Shown piece after piece: positions 1 to 9,793 of a DNA stretch of 64,000 nucleotides. The notes beneath the pieces are model-generated. The model searched no databases. It saw nothing but the letters and a program-made list of their open reading frames with translations, and was not told where the DNA came from. Made by a program: the position numbers and the translations under genes. This stretch comes from Deferribacterales bacterium. GTDB lineage: Bacteria; Chrysiogenota; Deferribacteres; Deferribacterales; Geovibrionaceae. The number at the start of each line of letters is the position of its first letter. Position 1 is the stretch's first letter. The stretch spans positions 64,001 through 128,000 of the forward strand of contig JBFWJS010000001.1 in assembly GCA_050253075.1 (NCBI GenBank). Reading direction: 5' to 3'.

Positions 1-230
1 AGCTTCCGTATCTGGTCGAGACTTTCATCCGTGAAAGGGGCGACCTCCCATGCGGATGGGTCAAGAACTGCGACAGGGAAACAGAGGAAACATGCGTCAC
101 AACCCTCACAAAGCTGAATTTCGAAGATATTGATATGAAAACCGTGCTGATAATCGGCAGCAGGAAAACATTCATAAAAGACGGAAAGCTCGTCAGCCCG
201 AGGGGCTACACGGATAAATACGGCGTATGA
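1..230 (+). CDS. cbiH: Precorrin-3B C17-methyltransferase, 3' end only (truncated by window edge)
   Basis: Not in the ORF track. Manual translation from position 3 gives ...EDIDMKTVLIIGSRKTFIKDGKLVSPRGYTDKYGV*, the typical CbiH/CobJ C-terminus (DMxTxxIIG...PRGY). Its stop overlaps the next start (ATGA 227-230). Confidence 0.85.
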   Translation, partial: LPYLVETFIRERGDLPCGWVKNCDRETEETCVTTLTKLNFEDIDMKTVLIIGSRKTFIKDGKLVSPRGYTDKYGV

Positions 231-907
231 TACTGATACTGGGCGGAACATCCACGACACACAAGATAATAAGCCAGCTAAACACCGAAGACTTCATAAT
301 ATCCGTCGCCACGGAATACGGCCACGATGAATTCTCCAAAAGGTATCCGAGGAAGATAACTCTGAAAAGGTTCACTCCGTCCGACCTCGCAAAATTCATA
401 CGCTTCAACGATATAACACAGGTGATAGACACCACCCACCCCCACGCAAAGGAGATCAGCAAGATAGCCGTCGAGGCATGTAACCTCACGGGGATAGAAT
501 ACGTTAATAAAGTACGTGAGACGGAGGATGTGGAGTATGACCGTCTATACGCCTTCGACACATACGAAGATGCCGTCAGCCATATCAAAAATAAGGATTA
601 CAAGTCTGTTCTTATAACCACAGGCAGTAACAACATAGATAAATACGCCCCCGTGGCAGATGTATCATACGCAAGGGTGCTCGCATTCGAAAAATCCATA
701 AAGGCATGCACCGATGCAGGGTTTCATTATTCAAAGATAATAGCCATGCAGGGGCCGTTCAGCGAGCAGTTCAACATGTCGCTCATGCGAGAGCTGAAGA
801 CAGACTGCCTCGTCACGAAAAACAGCGGAGAGGGCTCGGGCTATGCCGAGAAGATATCCGCCTGCGAGAAGCTGGGGATAGACGTTATCCTTGTGCAGCC
901 AGAGTGA
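227..907 (+). CDS. cbiJ: Cobalt-precorrin-6A reductase
   Basis: ILILGGT start, IDTTHPHA, AMQGPFS and LVTKNSG motifs of CbiJ/CobK; cob context. Confidence 0.93.
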   Translation: MILILGGTSTTHKIISQLNTEDFIISVATEYGHDEFSKRYPRKITLKRFTPSDLAKFIRFNDITQVIDTTHPHAKEISKIAVEACNLTGIEYVNKVRETEDVEYDRLYAFDTYEDAVSHIKNKDYKSVLITTGSNNIDKYAPVADVSYARVLAFEKSIKACTDAGFHYSKIIAMQGPFSEQFNMSLMRELKTDCLVTKNSGEGSGYAEKISACEKLGIDVILVQPE

Positions 908-1502
908 GCAGACCGTTTATAACAGTCGCCGCACACGGGCTCCCGCCCTTTGTCCCCCTGTTCGTCACATGTGGGATGTCGCTCTCGGAGAGCTCTTCCT
1001 TCGACTCCGCAGCCTTCACAAAGCCAACGGGAAGCCCCGCTATGAATGAAGGATTCGCTTTTCCCTCACGTTTCAGTTCCAGCAGTTTCAGCAGTGCCGT
1101 CGGAGCATTGCCTATGGCGTATACCGCATCGGGATATTTCTCCGCTGCGTAGACCATAGCCACTTCGCTTCGGGTCTGGTTCGTTTCCTTCGCTATGCGC
1201 ATCACTTCAGGGTCGTTTATGAAGCAGAGCACCTCTACGCCCGTCTTTTCCAGATAGCGTTTCGTTATGCCCGCCGTCACCATCGTCACATCCGTTATGA
1301 CAGGTTTCCCCGCCTTTAACGCCTGCACACCCGCATCGACTCCTCCGACAGAACATATTGCTAATTCAGCAAATTCGGGATCACCTGTCGTGTGCACCAG
1401 CTTCTTCACGACGAGCCTTTCCCCTTCGGAAAATTTTGAAAGGTCGCAAAGTGATTCTATAATATCAAAGCTGTCGCTCTCTATTTTCAGTCCTTTATCC
1501 AT
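885..1502 (-). CDS. cbiC: Cobalt-precorrin-8 methylmutase
   Basis: IESDSF, HTTGD, IGNAPTAL, PVGFVKAAESK and KGGS motifs of CbiC/CobH. Confidence 0.95.
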   Translation of the reverse strand: MDKGLKIESDSFDIIESLCDLSKFSEGERLVVKKLVHTTGDPEFAELAICSVGGVDAGVQALKAGKPVITDVTMVTAGITKRYLEKTGVEVLCFINDPEVMRIAKETNQTRSEVAMVYAAEKYPDAVYAIGNAPTALLKLLELKREGKANPSFIAGLPVGFVKAAESKEELSESDIPHVTNRGTKGGSPCAATVINGLLTLAAQG

Positions 1503-1506
1503 CTTT

Positions 1507-2784
1507 TCACCCCAGTATCATATCCAGAATCGACGGCTCGCTCATAAAGTGAAAGTGGGCGTATCCGCCGTATACATTCCCCTTCATGAATCCGTCCGAT
1601 GTCTGTTTCTTATTCGTCAGCTTCTCAAGGGTAAAGTGGAAATCCTCTTTCACGTTTTCCAGCTTTGAATAATGAAATTCATGCCCTATGAAGCCTTCGC
1701 ATTTATCGTTAAACGCCCGAACGTATCCGAGTGCCTGTCTTTTATCCGTCATACGGCATTCCGCATCGAAGATGCCCGCCATCTCATAAAACCCACCGTC
1801 GGCGTGTATCCCCTTCGTCAGGGTCATCATACCGCCGCACTCTGCTATCATGGGCTTTTTAAAGTCTCTCACAGATTCCAGAAACCGTTTACACTGCGAA
1901 AGCTCTTCGCCGTAAAGCTCAGGGTAGCCACCGCCCATATACACCATGTCGGCATCGTCCACAGCCTCGTCAGCAAGGGGCGAGAAGAATTTTATCTCAT
2001 ACCCACGCCTGCGGAGCTCGTGAAAGTTTGCCTCGTAATAGAAGTTAAACGCCTTATCATATGCGACACGGCACACCTTATCCGTCTGATACACGGGCAG
2101 TTCTGCCGTATCGACGGTGATGTCTATGTCCGACAGCCTGTTTATATCTATGTACTCTGCCGTGAGGTCGGCACATCTGTTGAAATACGCTTCGTCCGCC
2201 TCGAATGCCGTCTTTATCCCGAGGTGTCTCGAGCCTATCAGCTCCCCCTGCCTCGGCACACAGCCCAGAATGGGTATGTCCGTATGCATCCTCACCGCTT
2301 CGGTCAGCAGTTTTTCATGGTTGCCCGATGCGACATTATTCAGCACAACTCCCGCAATGGGCACATCAGCCATAGACTGAAAGCCTCTAAGAGTCGCCGC
2401 CACGGAATAAGATGTGGATGCACAGTTCAGCACCATCACCACGGGCAGTCCGCAGACCTTCGCCACATGGTGCGAGCTCCCGTAAAAGCCCTCGGGGCGT
2501 ATCCCGTCAAAAAGCCCCATGACGCCCTCGGCCACACATACATCGGCACCCGCAGCACCTATGGCAAATACCTCACGCACCTTATCCTCAGACAGCATGA
2601 CGGTGTCTAGGTTGTGCGCAGGACGCCCCGCTGCTTTTGAATGGTGGAGTGTGTCTATATAGTCAGGGCCGCTCTTAAACGGCGAGACGAGCTTCCCTCT
2701 GCGGGTCAGCTCTCGGATTATCCCTGTCGTTATCGTTGTTTTGCCTGAGCCGCTCTTATCTGCGGCTATCATGAAGCCTTTCAT
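1507..2784 (-). CDS. cbiA: Cobyrinate a,c-diamide synthase
   Basis: SGSGKTT P-loop, FKSGPDYID, EGVMGLFDG, GGYPE, AECGG, GHEFHYS. Start moved to MKGFMIA (2784), which overlaps the upstream stop (ATGA). Confidence 0.95.
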   Translation of the reverse strand: MKGFMIAADKSGSGKTTITTGIIRELTRRGKLVSPFKSGPDYIDTLHHSKAAGRPAHNLDTVMLSEDKVREVFAIGAAGADVCVAEGVMGLFDGIRPEGFYGSSHHVAKVCGLPVVMVLNCASTSYSVAATLRGFQSMADVPIAGVVLNNVASGNHEKLLTEAVRMHTDIPILGCVPRQGELIGSRHLGIKTAFEADEAYFNRCADLTAEYIDINRLSDIDITVDTAELPVYQTDKVCRVAYDKAFNFYYEANFHELRRRGYEIKFFSPLADEAVDDADMVYMGGGYPELYGEELSQCKRFLESVRDFKKPMIAECGGMMTLTKGIHADGGFYEMAGIFDAECRMTDKRQALGYVRAFNDKCEGFIGHEFHYSKLENVKEDFHFTLEKLTNKKQTSDGFMKGNVYGGYAHFHFMSEPSILDMILG

Positions 2785-3230
2785 TCCAGCCCGCCGTCCG
2801 CTATCCACTGTTCGAGCTTTTCACGTATCTTCTTCGACCTTGCAGGGTCTGCCCCGTCGGTGGATACGGATATCACCACATCATCCCGCACTATCGTCGC
2901 AGGCATGTGAAAGTCGCATGCGTCAGGGTCGTCGGCTATGTTTATCAGTGCCTGACCTTTGAAAAAGTCGTAGACCTCCTGATTCACCTCACGCTCGTTT
3001 GTCGCTATGAAGACATAGTCGAAGCTCTCCTGAGGGAAGTCCGTCGTCCACTTTATCACACCGAGAATTGCGAGGCTCTGAAGCTTATCAGTTACTTCGG
3101 GGGAGAGGACGGTTATCACGGGGTTCGCCTCCAGAAGCGACTGAACCTTTCGCTCTGCCACTGCGCCTCCGCCGACGAATAAAACTTTTTTTCCGTGCAT
3201 GCCCATCAAGAGCGGATATCTCTTTATCAC
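2781..3230 (-). CDS. sirC: Precorrin-2 dehydrogenase (SirC / CysG N-terminal domain)
   Basis: YPL..., VGGGAVAERK Rossmann motif, NIADDP.CDF.MPA, ISVSTDG. Confidence 0.85.
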   Translation of the reverse strand: MIKRYPLLMGMHGKKVLFVGGGAVAERKVQSLLEANPVITVLSPEVTDKLQSLAILGVIKWTTDFPQESFDYVFIATNEREVNQEVYDFFKGQALINIADDPDACDFHMPATIVRDDVVISVSTDGADPARSKKIREKLEQWIADGGLE

Positions 3231-4660
3231 AGCCCTGCCCCCTTTAATATCTTATCTATATCACAGTTTTCTTTTATCATCTTTGCCAGTGCGTTCAGCT
3301 GGCGCTCTTTTTCATCGATATAATCATCGGCATAGATATTTACGCCGTGCATGGCGAAGAGTTTTTCGGTGATTTTTCCGCTTTCGAATATACCGTGCAG
3401 ATATGTCCCCGTCACACGTCCGTCTGTTATCAGCACATCCTTTTCCGATGCGAGCTGTTCATATCCGCCTTTTATGTCTGTCACACCCATGTGCATCTCA
3501 TACCCGCAGACATTCAGCCCGCTGAGCAGACCGGCACCCTTGTATGACACATGCTCCAGCCTCTTTTCGCTCTTTATCACTGTCTCCATATCGAAAAGTC
3601 CGAGCCCTTCGATGTCGGCGATTTCCCCCTCTATGCCGTCAGGGTCAGCGACCCTTTTACCCAGCATCTGGAAGCCTCCGCATATGCCTGTCACGGGCTT
3701 TCCGCTTTTGAGTATCGCATCTGCGAAGCCTTTATCACGCAGGTATTTCATATCCGCCACGGTGCTCTTACTGCCGGGCAGTATGATGATGTCGCAGTCG
3801 TCCAGCTCGGACGGTCTCTCGACATACAGCAGGTTTATATTTTCATTCGCCTTCAGAGGGGCGAAGTCGGAGAAATTCGATATCTTCGGCAGGCGGATAA
3901 CGCCCACGGTTGGTTTATCAGTATATATTTTATCTGAGGAGATGTCCTGAGAGTCTTCCTCCTCCAGAGTATTGTATTGAAACGGGAGCACGCCGACCAC
4001 GGGCTTTGGCACATATTCGGCGAACATGTCTATCCCCGGCTGGAGCAGCGTGACGTCCCCACGGAATTTATTTATTATAAAGCCTTTTATCAGTTCACGG
4101 GTATCTTCGGGGACGAGGTCGTATGTACCCTTCATCCATGCGAATACTCCGCCCCTGTCTATGTCGCCTATGATGTAAACATCTGATTCGGCATACTTTG
4201 CCATCTGCATGTTTACTATGTCGGTCTTTTGCAGGTTTATCTCTGCCGGGCTCCCCGCACCCTCTATCACTATCAGGTCGTATTCCTCAGCCAGCGAATC
4301 ATACGCCTGTTTCACTATCTCAAAGTTTTCGAGGGAGAGCGTGTAATACTCTCTGGCTGAATATGTGCCGACCACACGCCCCATGCGGACGAGCTGTGAT
4401 GATGAATTACCCTGCGGTTTCAGCAGTATCGGATTCATCCGAACATCAGGGCGAACCCTCGCCGCCTCCGCCTGTAATATCTGCGCACGACCCATCTCGA
4501 GCCCGCTGTCCACCACGCCTGAATTCAGCGCCATATTCTGTGATTTGAAAGGGGCCACCTTTACCCCCATATCAGACAAAAGACGGCAGAAACCCGCTGT
4601 GACTATACTTTTACCCACACCCGAGCCTGTCCCCTGAAACATTATCGATGGAACTTTCAT
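3227..4660 (-). CDS. cbiP: Cobyric acid synthase
   Basis: QGTGSGVGKS, PFKSQNMALNS, EGAGSPAEINL, DIDRGG, GICGGFQMLG, GTYLHG. Confidence 0.97.
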   Translation of the reverse strand: MKVPSIMFQGTGSGVGKSIVTAGFCRLLSDMGVKVAPFKSQNMALNSGVVDSGLEMGRAQILQAEAARVRPDVRMNPILLKPQGNSSSQLVRMGRVVGTYSAREYYTLSLENFEIVKQAYDSLAEEYDLIVIEGAGSPAEINLQKTDIVNMQMAKYAESDVYIIGDIDRGGVFAWMKGTYDLVPEDTRELIKGFIINKFRGDVTLLQPGIDMFAEYVPKPVVGVLPFQYNTLEEEDSQDISSDKIYTDKPTVGVIRLPKISNFSDFAPLKANENINLLYVERPSELDDCDIIILPGSKSTVADMKYLRDKGFADAILKSGKPVTGICGGFQMLGKRVADPDGIEGEIADIEGLGLFDMETVIKSEKRLEHVSYKGAGLLSGLNVCGYEMHMGVTDIKGGYEQLASEKDVLITDGRVTGTYLHGIFESGKITEKLFAMHGVNIYADDYIDEKERQLNALAKMIKENCDIDKILKGAGL

Positions 4661-4752
4661 AAGCTGTTACCGCCTTTTATTGAAACACAATGTTATAAAA
4701 AAACTGGACACACCTCAAGATGTTTTCGTATATTGGCTAACCGAGGTTAGTT

Positions 4753-5436
4753 ATGAAGATATACGGAATAGGGCTCGGCCCTGGTGACCCTGAGCTGCTC
4801 ACGGTTAAAGCAGTGAAAACTCTCGAAAGCGCAGACATAGTCGTCGTCCCCCAGTCTGATAAAACAGGCAGGAGCATCGCAGGCGATATAGTGAAGCACT
4901 ATATCCCCGAGGGGAAGATATACTGGTATTATTTCCCCATGACAGGCATAAAGGCTGATCTGGACGAGCGTTACGACGACCTCGCAAACAAGATGGCGTG
5001 TATGCTGGGCGAGGGAAAGAAGGTCTGCTATGTCACCATAGGCGACACCCCCGTGTACAGCACATTCAACTACCTCAGAGACAGACTGATCGACGTGAAC
5101 ATACAGATGGAGATGATCCCAGGGATATCCGCATTCTCCGCAGGGGCGAATCAGGTCGCACTGCCGCTGTGTGAAAAGGGAGAGAACTTCTGTGTTATCG
5201 AGATGCCTCCGAGCAAAGACGAGCTGGCGGGTGTTCTGGAAGACTTCACCACTGTCGTGCTGATGAAGGTGCATAAGAAGCTGAACATACTGACCGAGTT
5301 CGTAGCGGAAAATCACCTGAGTGCCGCATATCTTTTCCACAGGGTAACTATGGAAGACGGCATCACATACGATCTCTTAAACGATGAAATAGACGAAAAG
5401 GCGGGATACCTCTCGACAGCTATTTTAAAAAGGTAA
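4753..5436 (+). CDS. cbiL: Cobalt-precorrin-2 C20-methyltransferase
   Basis: GIGLGPGDPELLTVKA, FPMT, TIGDTPVYST, IPGIS, VLMKV, YLST. Confidence 0.93.
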   Translation: MKIYGIGLGPGDPELLTVKAVKTLESADIVVVPQSDKTGRSIAGDIVKHYIPEGKIYWYYFPMTGIKADLDERYDDLANKMACMLGEGKKVCYVTIGDTPVYSTFNYLRDRLIDVNIQMEMIPGISAFSAGANQVALPLCEKGENFCVIEMPPSKDELAGVLEDFTTVVLMKVHKKLNILTEFVAENHLSAAYLFHRVTMEDGITYDLLNDEIDEKAGYLSTAILKR

Positions 5437-6076
5437 GGCTGTCTTTCAGGTCGGCTTCGTTGAAGACCTCAAGGCTGACCGTGAGGCTTTTATCCTTTGC
5501 AAACTGCATTATCTGCATGAGCATATCATCGGGGAAATATCTGACGGACTGATGATCTTTCCCATCATTCACCCCGTGCAGGTGAAACATCTTTATCCTT
5601 TCACCATACTCTGACAGCAGCTTTGAAATATCCTGTCCGTGCATCAGCATATGCCCCGCATCGAGGCAAATATCATCATCAGACAGAGCAAATGATGCGG
5701 TGTCAGACTCGCCGTTTTCAAGAGTCACGGACATATCCGTCTCAGACCTGAACCACTCCAGACCTCTGAAAAACTCATCCTCGGGCTGTATGTGAAATGT
5801 GTGGGTGTGTGCGCATAGCGGGCGGAGCACATCGGCAAATTTCGCCATGAATTCCCACTCTGACCGCTTCGTAAGGTCTCTGTCATACGGCATATGCACA
5901 TTGAAGCGCATCCCCGTATCCGCCAGTGCCCTCACCTCTTCCCCATCGGGGAAGTCGTATTCGGACAAACTGCACATGTATAAAAGCTCGACCTCGTCCA
6001 CCGTGCCTTTCAGATACCTGACATTCTCAATCCTCGAAGCAGGAATGATGAATGAAGGGCAGGAGACAAACATCAC
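5420..6076 (-). CDS. cbiR: CbiR-like cobamide-remodelling phosphodiesterase (AP endonuclease 2 / xylose-isomerase-like TIM barrel)
   Basis: PSFIIP...NVRYL...VDEVELL N-terminus; metal-ligand pattern VHMP, LEN, CLDAGH, HLHG, DH, LEVF; last gene of cobU-T-S-D-cbiB unit. Confidence 0.72.
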   Translation of the reverse strand: MMFVSCPSFIIPASRIENVRYLKGTVDEVELLYMCSLSEYDFPDGEEVRALADTGMRFNVHMPYDRDLTKRSEWEFMAKFADVLRPLCAHTHTFHIQPEDEFFRGLEWFRSETDMSVTLENGESDTASFALSDDDICLDAGHMLMHGQDISKLLSEYGERIKMFHLHGVNDGKDHQSVRYFPDDMLMQIMQFAKDKSLTVSLEVFNEADLKDSLTFLK

Positions 6077-7032
6077 ATGACCGCCAGTAGGGTCAGTCCG
6101 CAGAGTATCACCACAGCCACCATAGAGGCCAGATCGTAAAGGCTGACCGCCTTTTTGATGACGTCGGCATCCAGCGGGTTTTCACCGTCGCCAATGAAGG
6201 GCTTCTGCTTTACCTTGCCGAAGTAGCATACGGGGCCGCCGAGACGAACGCCCAGAAAGCCTGCAAATGCGGATATGCTGTGCGCCGAGTTTGGCGACGG
6301 ATGCGCCAGACGGTATTTCTTCACCGTGGCAATGGTTTCAGCATATGCAGTACCCTGCATGATGCCCGAAAAGGCGATTATGAAGACCGATAAGCGTGCG
6401 GGGATGAAATTCAGTACATCGTCAAACTTCGCAGATGCCCTGCCGAAGAGGTCGTATGTGCCATTCATGTATCCTATCATGGAGTCCAGCGTGCTGACCG
6501 CCTTGAAAAACATAGCCCCCACCCCGCCGAAAAAGATGGAATAGAATATCGGCGAGAGGACTCCGTCGGTGAAGTTTTCCGAGACGGATTCCACCGTGGA
6601 GCGGACGATTTTCATTTCGTCCATGTCTTTGGTCTGTCTGCTGACTATCATGGAGAGAGCCTTTCGGGCTGTTTCCAGATCTCCTTTCACCAGAGGCTGA
6701 TACACGGCATCCGCATGGGAGGCCATGGACCTGACGCTGATGGAAAAATATATTATGACGCTGTTCATCATGATGTATGCGACATTCCCGAAGCTGTGCG
6801 CAAACACCAGCAGAGAGTATGTGATGATGGAAACTATGAGAACGATGGTGATCAGCAGATAGCTGCCGCTGAGGATATGGTCGGGTGATTTATAAAATAT
6901 CCGCTCCAGCTTTGATATCAGCCTGCCTATCATGCATATGGGGTGATACTTGCTGTTTGGTTCGCCGAAGAGCTTGTCCAGCATAAAGGCGAATATCACG
7001 GATATCATGTTCAGCTCGATGAACTCTATCAT
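6073..7032 (-). CDS. cbiB: Adenosylcobinamide-phosphate synthase
   Basis: LDKLFGEP..HP, ESVSENFTDG, TLDSMIGY, DDVLNFIPARL, HPSPNS. Confidence 0.95.
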   Translation of the reverse strand: MIEFIELNMISVIFAFMLDKLFGEPNSKYHPICMIGRLISKLERIFYKSPDHILSGSYLLITIVLIVSIITYSLLVFAHSFGNVAYIMMNSVIIYFSISVRSMASHADAVYQPLVKGDLETARKALSMIVSRQTKDMDEMKIVRSTVESVSENFTDGVLSPIFYSIFFGGVGAMFFKAVSTLDSMIGYMNGTYDLFGRASAKFDDVLNFIPARLSVFIIAFSGIMQGTAYAETIATVKKYRLAHPSPNSAHSISAFAGFLGVRLGGPVCYFGKVKQKPFIGDGENPLDADVIKKAVSLYDLASMVAVVILCGLTLLAVM

Positions 7033-7034
7033 AA

Positions 7035-8012
7035 TCAGAACTCCCTCAGAGCCTTCACAAGGGGAGCCATGTCGTCTGCGACGGCTATGCGGATGTATTC
7101 CCCGTCCAGCCTTTTAAAGTTTGAGCAGTCACGCACCAAAACTCTGCGCTGAAGGCAGTGCTCAAACAGAGCTTTCGATGTGCCCTTTTTCAGCTTCAGC
7201 ATCAGGAAGTTTACTTTGCTCTCCTGCGGCTCCAGCCACTCAATGCCTGATATCTCTTTCAGAAAGTCCGCCTTCATCTTCAGCAGTCTTTCAGCTATAG
7301 GCTTTGTATCCACGTCCAGAAGCTGTGCGCCCGCTTCCTGCGCATATGTATTAACGCTCCACGGAGATTTAACCCCGTTAAACACTCTGATATTCTTATC
7401 CAGTGCGACAACGGCTCCGAGCCTCAGCCCGGGCAGTCCGTATATCTTAGAAAATGAACGCAGAATTATCAGATTTGATATGATCTCATGCCCCAGCAGA
7501 GTATTTTTATCTTCGTCCGCCATAAACGGCATATATGATTCGTCTAAGATGAATAATGTATCGGGATTTGATTTAAAAAAACTCGGCAGATGCTCACCCG
7601 GACATGAAAGCCCCGTGGGGTTGTTCGGGTTGCATATGAAGAACAGTCCTTTTTTGCATATATCGGCACGGACTTCTATCTCATTCTGAGCGCAGTAGTA
7701 TTCATAGTCGGAATATGTCGGGTGCTTCACCGTCGCTTTTTTGAACCCTGATGTCCTGCATATTATGTCTATGGCCTCTGTCGTGCCTGATGTGATCGCC
7801 ACGTTTTCAGGATTATGGCCGTATTTCTCGGCAAATTTTTTAACTAGGGTTTCACTGTGCGGTTCGGGCAGACGTAAGAGAACGTCGGAGGAAATATCCA
7901 GTTTAATTGGATATGGCGAAACATTACTGCTGTAGTCATAGATATCTTTGACACTGCACCATAGGTGCTTTGCCGCCTCATAAACGTTTCCGCCGTGTGC
8001 GCCCTGTATCAT
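7035..8012 (-). CDS. cobD: L-threonine-O-3-phosphate decarboxylase (PLP)
   Basis: HGGN, DYSSNVSP, CNPNNPTG, DESY, RSFSKIYGLPGLRLG. Start moved to MIQGAHGG (8012), overlapping the cobS stop. Confidence 0.9.
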   Translation of the reverse strand: MIQGAHGGNVYEAAKHLWCSVKDIYDYSSNVSPYPIKLDISSDVLLRLPEPHSETLVKKFAEKYGHNPENVAITSGTTEAIDIICRTSGFKKATVKHPTYSDYEYYCAQNEIEVRADICKKGLFFICNPNNPTGLSCPGEHLPSFFKSNPDTLFILDESYMPFMADEDKNTLLGHEIISNLIILRSFSKIYGLPGLRLGAVVALDKNIRVFNGVKSPWSVNTYAQEAGAQLLDVDTKPIAERLLKMKADFLKEISGIEWLEPQESKVNFLMLKLKKGTSKALFEHCLQRRVLVRDCSNFKRLDGEYIRIAVADDMAPLVKALREF

Positions 8013-8713
8013 TGTAAAAACCCCGCATAAAACGCAAGCATGACAGTCTCTGTCAGCTCGCACTGCGCCCCGAGCAGGTCCCCCGTGACACCGCCGATCT
8101 GCTTTTTATACCACCACTGCAGAAGCAGCACGGACAGCACAAAAACAACCGTCAGCATCATGGCAGGTTTAAACCCCAGAAAGAGTGCAACCACAGCCAC
8201 GGGCACTATCTGATATTTCCAGCCCTCGGAGCCCTCGCCGAAGAACATCTTCCCCGTGCCTTCGCTCCGCACATAGGGCATTGTCTTCATGCTCCACACC
8301 ATGCCTATCCTCGCCATAGCGGGCACGGCCATCAGCACTATCAGACTGTCGAGGTTCTTTATCGATTCATATTTTATCAGCAGGAGGAGTATGGCAGTAA
8401 CCACCGCCATAGCACCCGATCTGCTGTCTTTCATTATCTCCAGCTTCCGCTCCCTGTCCCTGTGGGAAAAGAGCGCGTCCGCAGTGTCCATCAGTCCGTC
8501 CATGTGCAGTGCGCCTGTCAGCGCAACCCACAATGTGAGTATCAGAAGGGGCGTGAGAAAGCTGTCTCCGAGCAGAACATGCACGGTGACAAATACTCCG
8601 CCGAGGATGAAGCCGACATACGCAAAGGCATTCATAGCCCGCACGGCATCGAAATCGTCACTCTGAAACCTTATAACGGTGAGGAAGGACATAGCGTCCC
8701 TTAAAGCTCTCAT
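8009..8713 (-). CDS. cobS: Adenosylcobinamide-GDP ribazoletransferase (cobalamin synthase)
   Basis: FLT, TGALHMDGLMDTAD, IMKDSRSG, GGVTGDLLGA; hydrophobic. Confidence 0.96.
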   Translation of the reverse strand: MRALRDAMSFLTVIRFQSDDFDAVRAMNAFAYVGFILGGVFVTVHVLLGDSFLTPLLILTLWVALTGALHMDGLMDTADALFSHRDRERKLEIMKDSRSGAMAVVTAILLLLIKYESIKNLDSLIVLMAVPAMARIGMVWSMKTMPYVRSEGTGKMFFGEGSEGWKYQIVPVAVVALFLGFKPAMMLTVVFVLSVLLLQWWYKKQIGGVTGDLLGAQCELTETVMLAFYAGFLQ

Positions 8714-9780
8714 TCTTTTTCTGAAACTCCTGCTTCGGCGAAAGTCGCCACATCTCTTATAATAGCCGCCGCACTGTCTACCACAGCCATAGCGACCACT
8801 GCGCCTGTCCCCTCGCCCAGTCTCATGCCGAGGTCGAGCAGCGGGTTAAGCCCGAGGTATTCGAGCATCTTTATCTGTCCGGGCTCTACGGATTTATGCC
8901 CGGCTATCATATATTCCTTTGCATACGGAGATATGCCTGCGGCGATTATCGCACCCGCTGTGGATATCACTCCGTCCACTATGACGGGCAGTCCCTTGGC
9001 GGCACCTGCGAGCATTGCGCCTGCTATGGCGCCTATCTCAAATCCGCCCACTTTGGAGAGCACGTCTATCGCATCATTCTTATCAGGCTGATGCATGGCT
9101 ATCGCTTTTTCTATCACTTCTGTTTTATGTTTCAGAGCGGCATCGTTTATGCCGGAGCCTCTGCCTGTCATCACGCTCACAGGCTCGCCTGTGTATACTG
9201 CGCCGATGGCAGCCGAAGGGGTAGTGTTTGCTATGCCCATATCACCTGTGGTGATGAGTTCCAGCCCTTCTTTATCTATGTATTCACATGCCACTTCATA
9301 TCCTATGACAACCGACATCTCTGCCTGTTCACGTGTCATGGCAGTTTCTTTGGCAAAGTTTTTTGTACTTTCTGCGACCTTACGCACGATGAAGTCCGCC
9401 TTGTCGCTTATCTTCATAGACGGTATATGCGCCAGAGTGCCCACGTCTGTTACGACGACCCTTACGCCCGCTTCCTTACACAGTGCATTTATTGTTGCTA
9501 TCCCGTGGGTGAAGGCTCCCATCATCTGAACGGTGACTTCCTGCGGGAATGCACTGACGCCCTCTTCGGTGATGCCGTGGTCGCCCGCCATTACAAAGAC
9601 GCCCTTCTTTTCATATCTGGGTGCGAGAGTGCCGCTTATGGCACAGAGCTGTTCGGAGAGGTCGTTCAGCCTGCCCATAGCCCTCGGAGGCATGATGAGG
9701 TTTGATGTGCGCTCAACGGCCTTTTCATACATCTCTTTGTCTACCGGCTTGATAGACGAAATAATTCCTTTAATATCCAT
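8710..9780 (-). CDS. cobT: Nicotinate-nucleotide:lower-ligand base phosphoribosyltransferase
   Basis: AGDHG, GVSAFPQEVT, GDMGIANTT, GGFEI, MRLGEGTG, ATFAEAGVS. Confidence 0.96.
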   Translation of the reverse strand: MDIKGIISSIKPVDKEMYEKAVERTSNLIMPPRAMGRLNDLSEQLCAISGTLAPRYEKKGVFVMAGDHGITEEGVSAFPQEVTVQMMGAFTHGIATINALCKEAGVRVVVTDVGTLAHIPSMKISDKADFIVRKVAESTKNFAKETAMTREQAEMSVVIGYEVACEYIDKEGLELITTGDMGIANTTPSAAIGAVYTGEPVSVMTGRGSGINDAALKHKTEVIEKAIAMHQPDKNDAIDVLSKVGGFEIGAIAGAMLAGAAKGLPVIVDGVISTAGAIIAAGISPYAKEYMIAGHKSVEPGQIKMLEYLGLNPLLDLGMRLGEGTGAVVAMAVVDSAAAIIRDVATFAEAGVSEKE

Positions 9781-9793
9781 TAAGATACTCCCT

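Noticed and set aside
1672..2610. 312-aa plus-strand ORF, and the many other antisense/alternate-frame ORFs in the track (e.g. 8896-9705, 17537-18145, 21270-21998, 34558-35178, 38373-39092)
   Set aside because: They lie opposite or within well-supported genes, lack recognisable motifs and are typical shadow ORFs
6073..8012. Impression that cbiB-cobD differ in codon usage from their neighbours (possible replacement by horizontal transfer)
   Set aside because: Cannot be quantified by eye; needs a codon/GC3 computation and phylogeny
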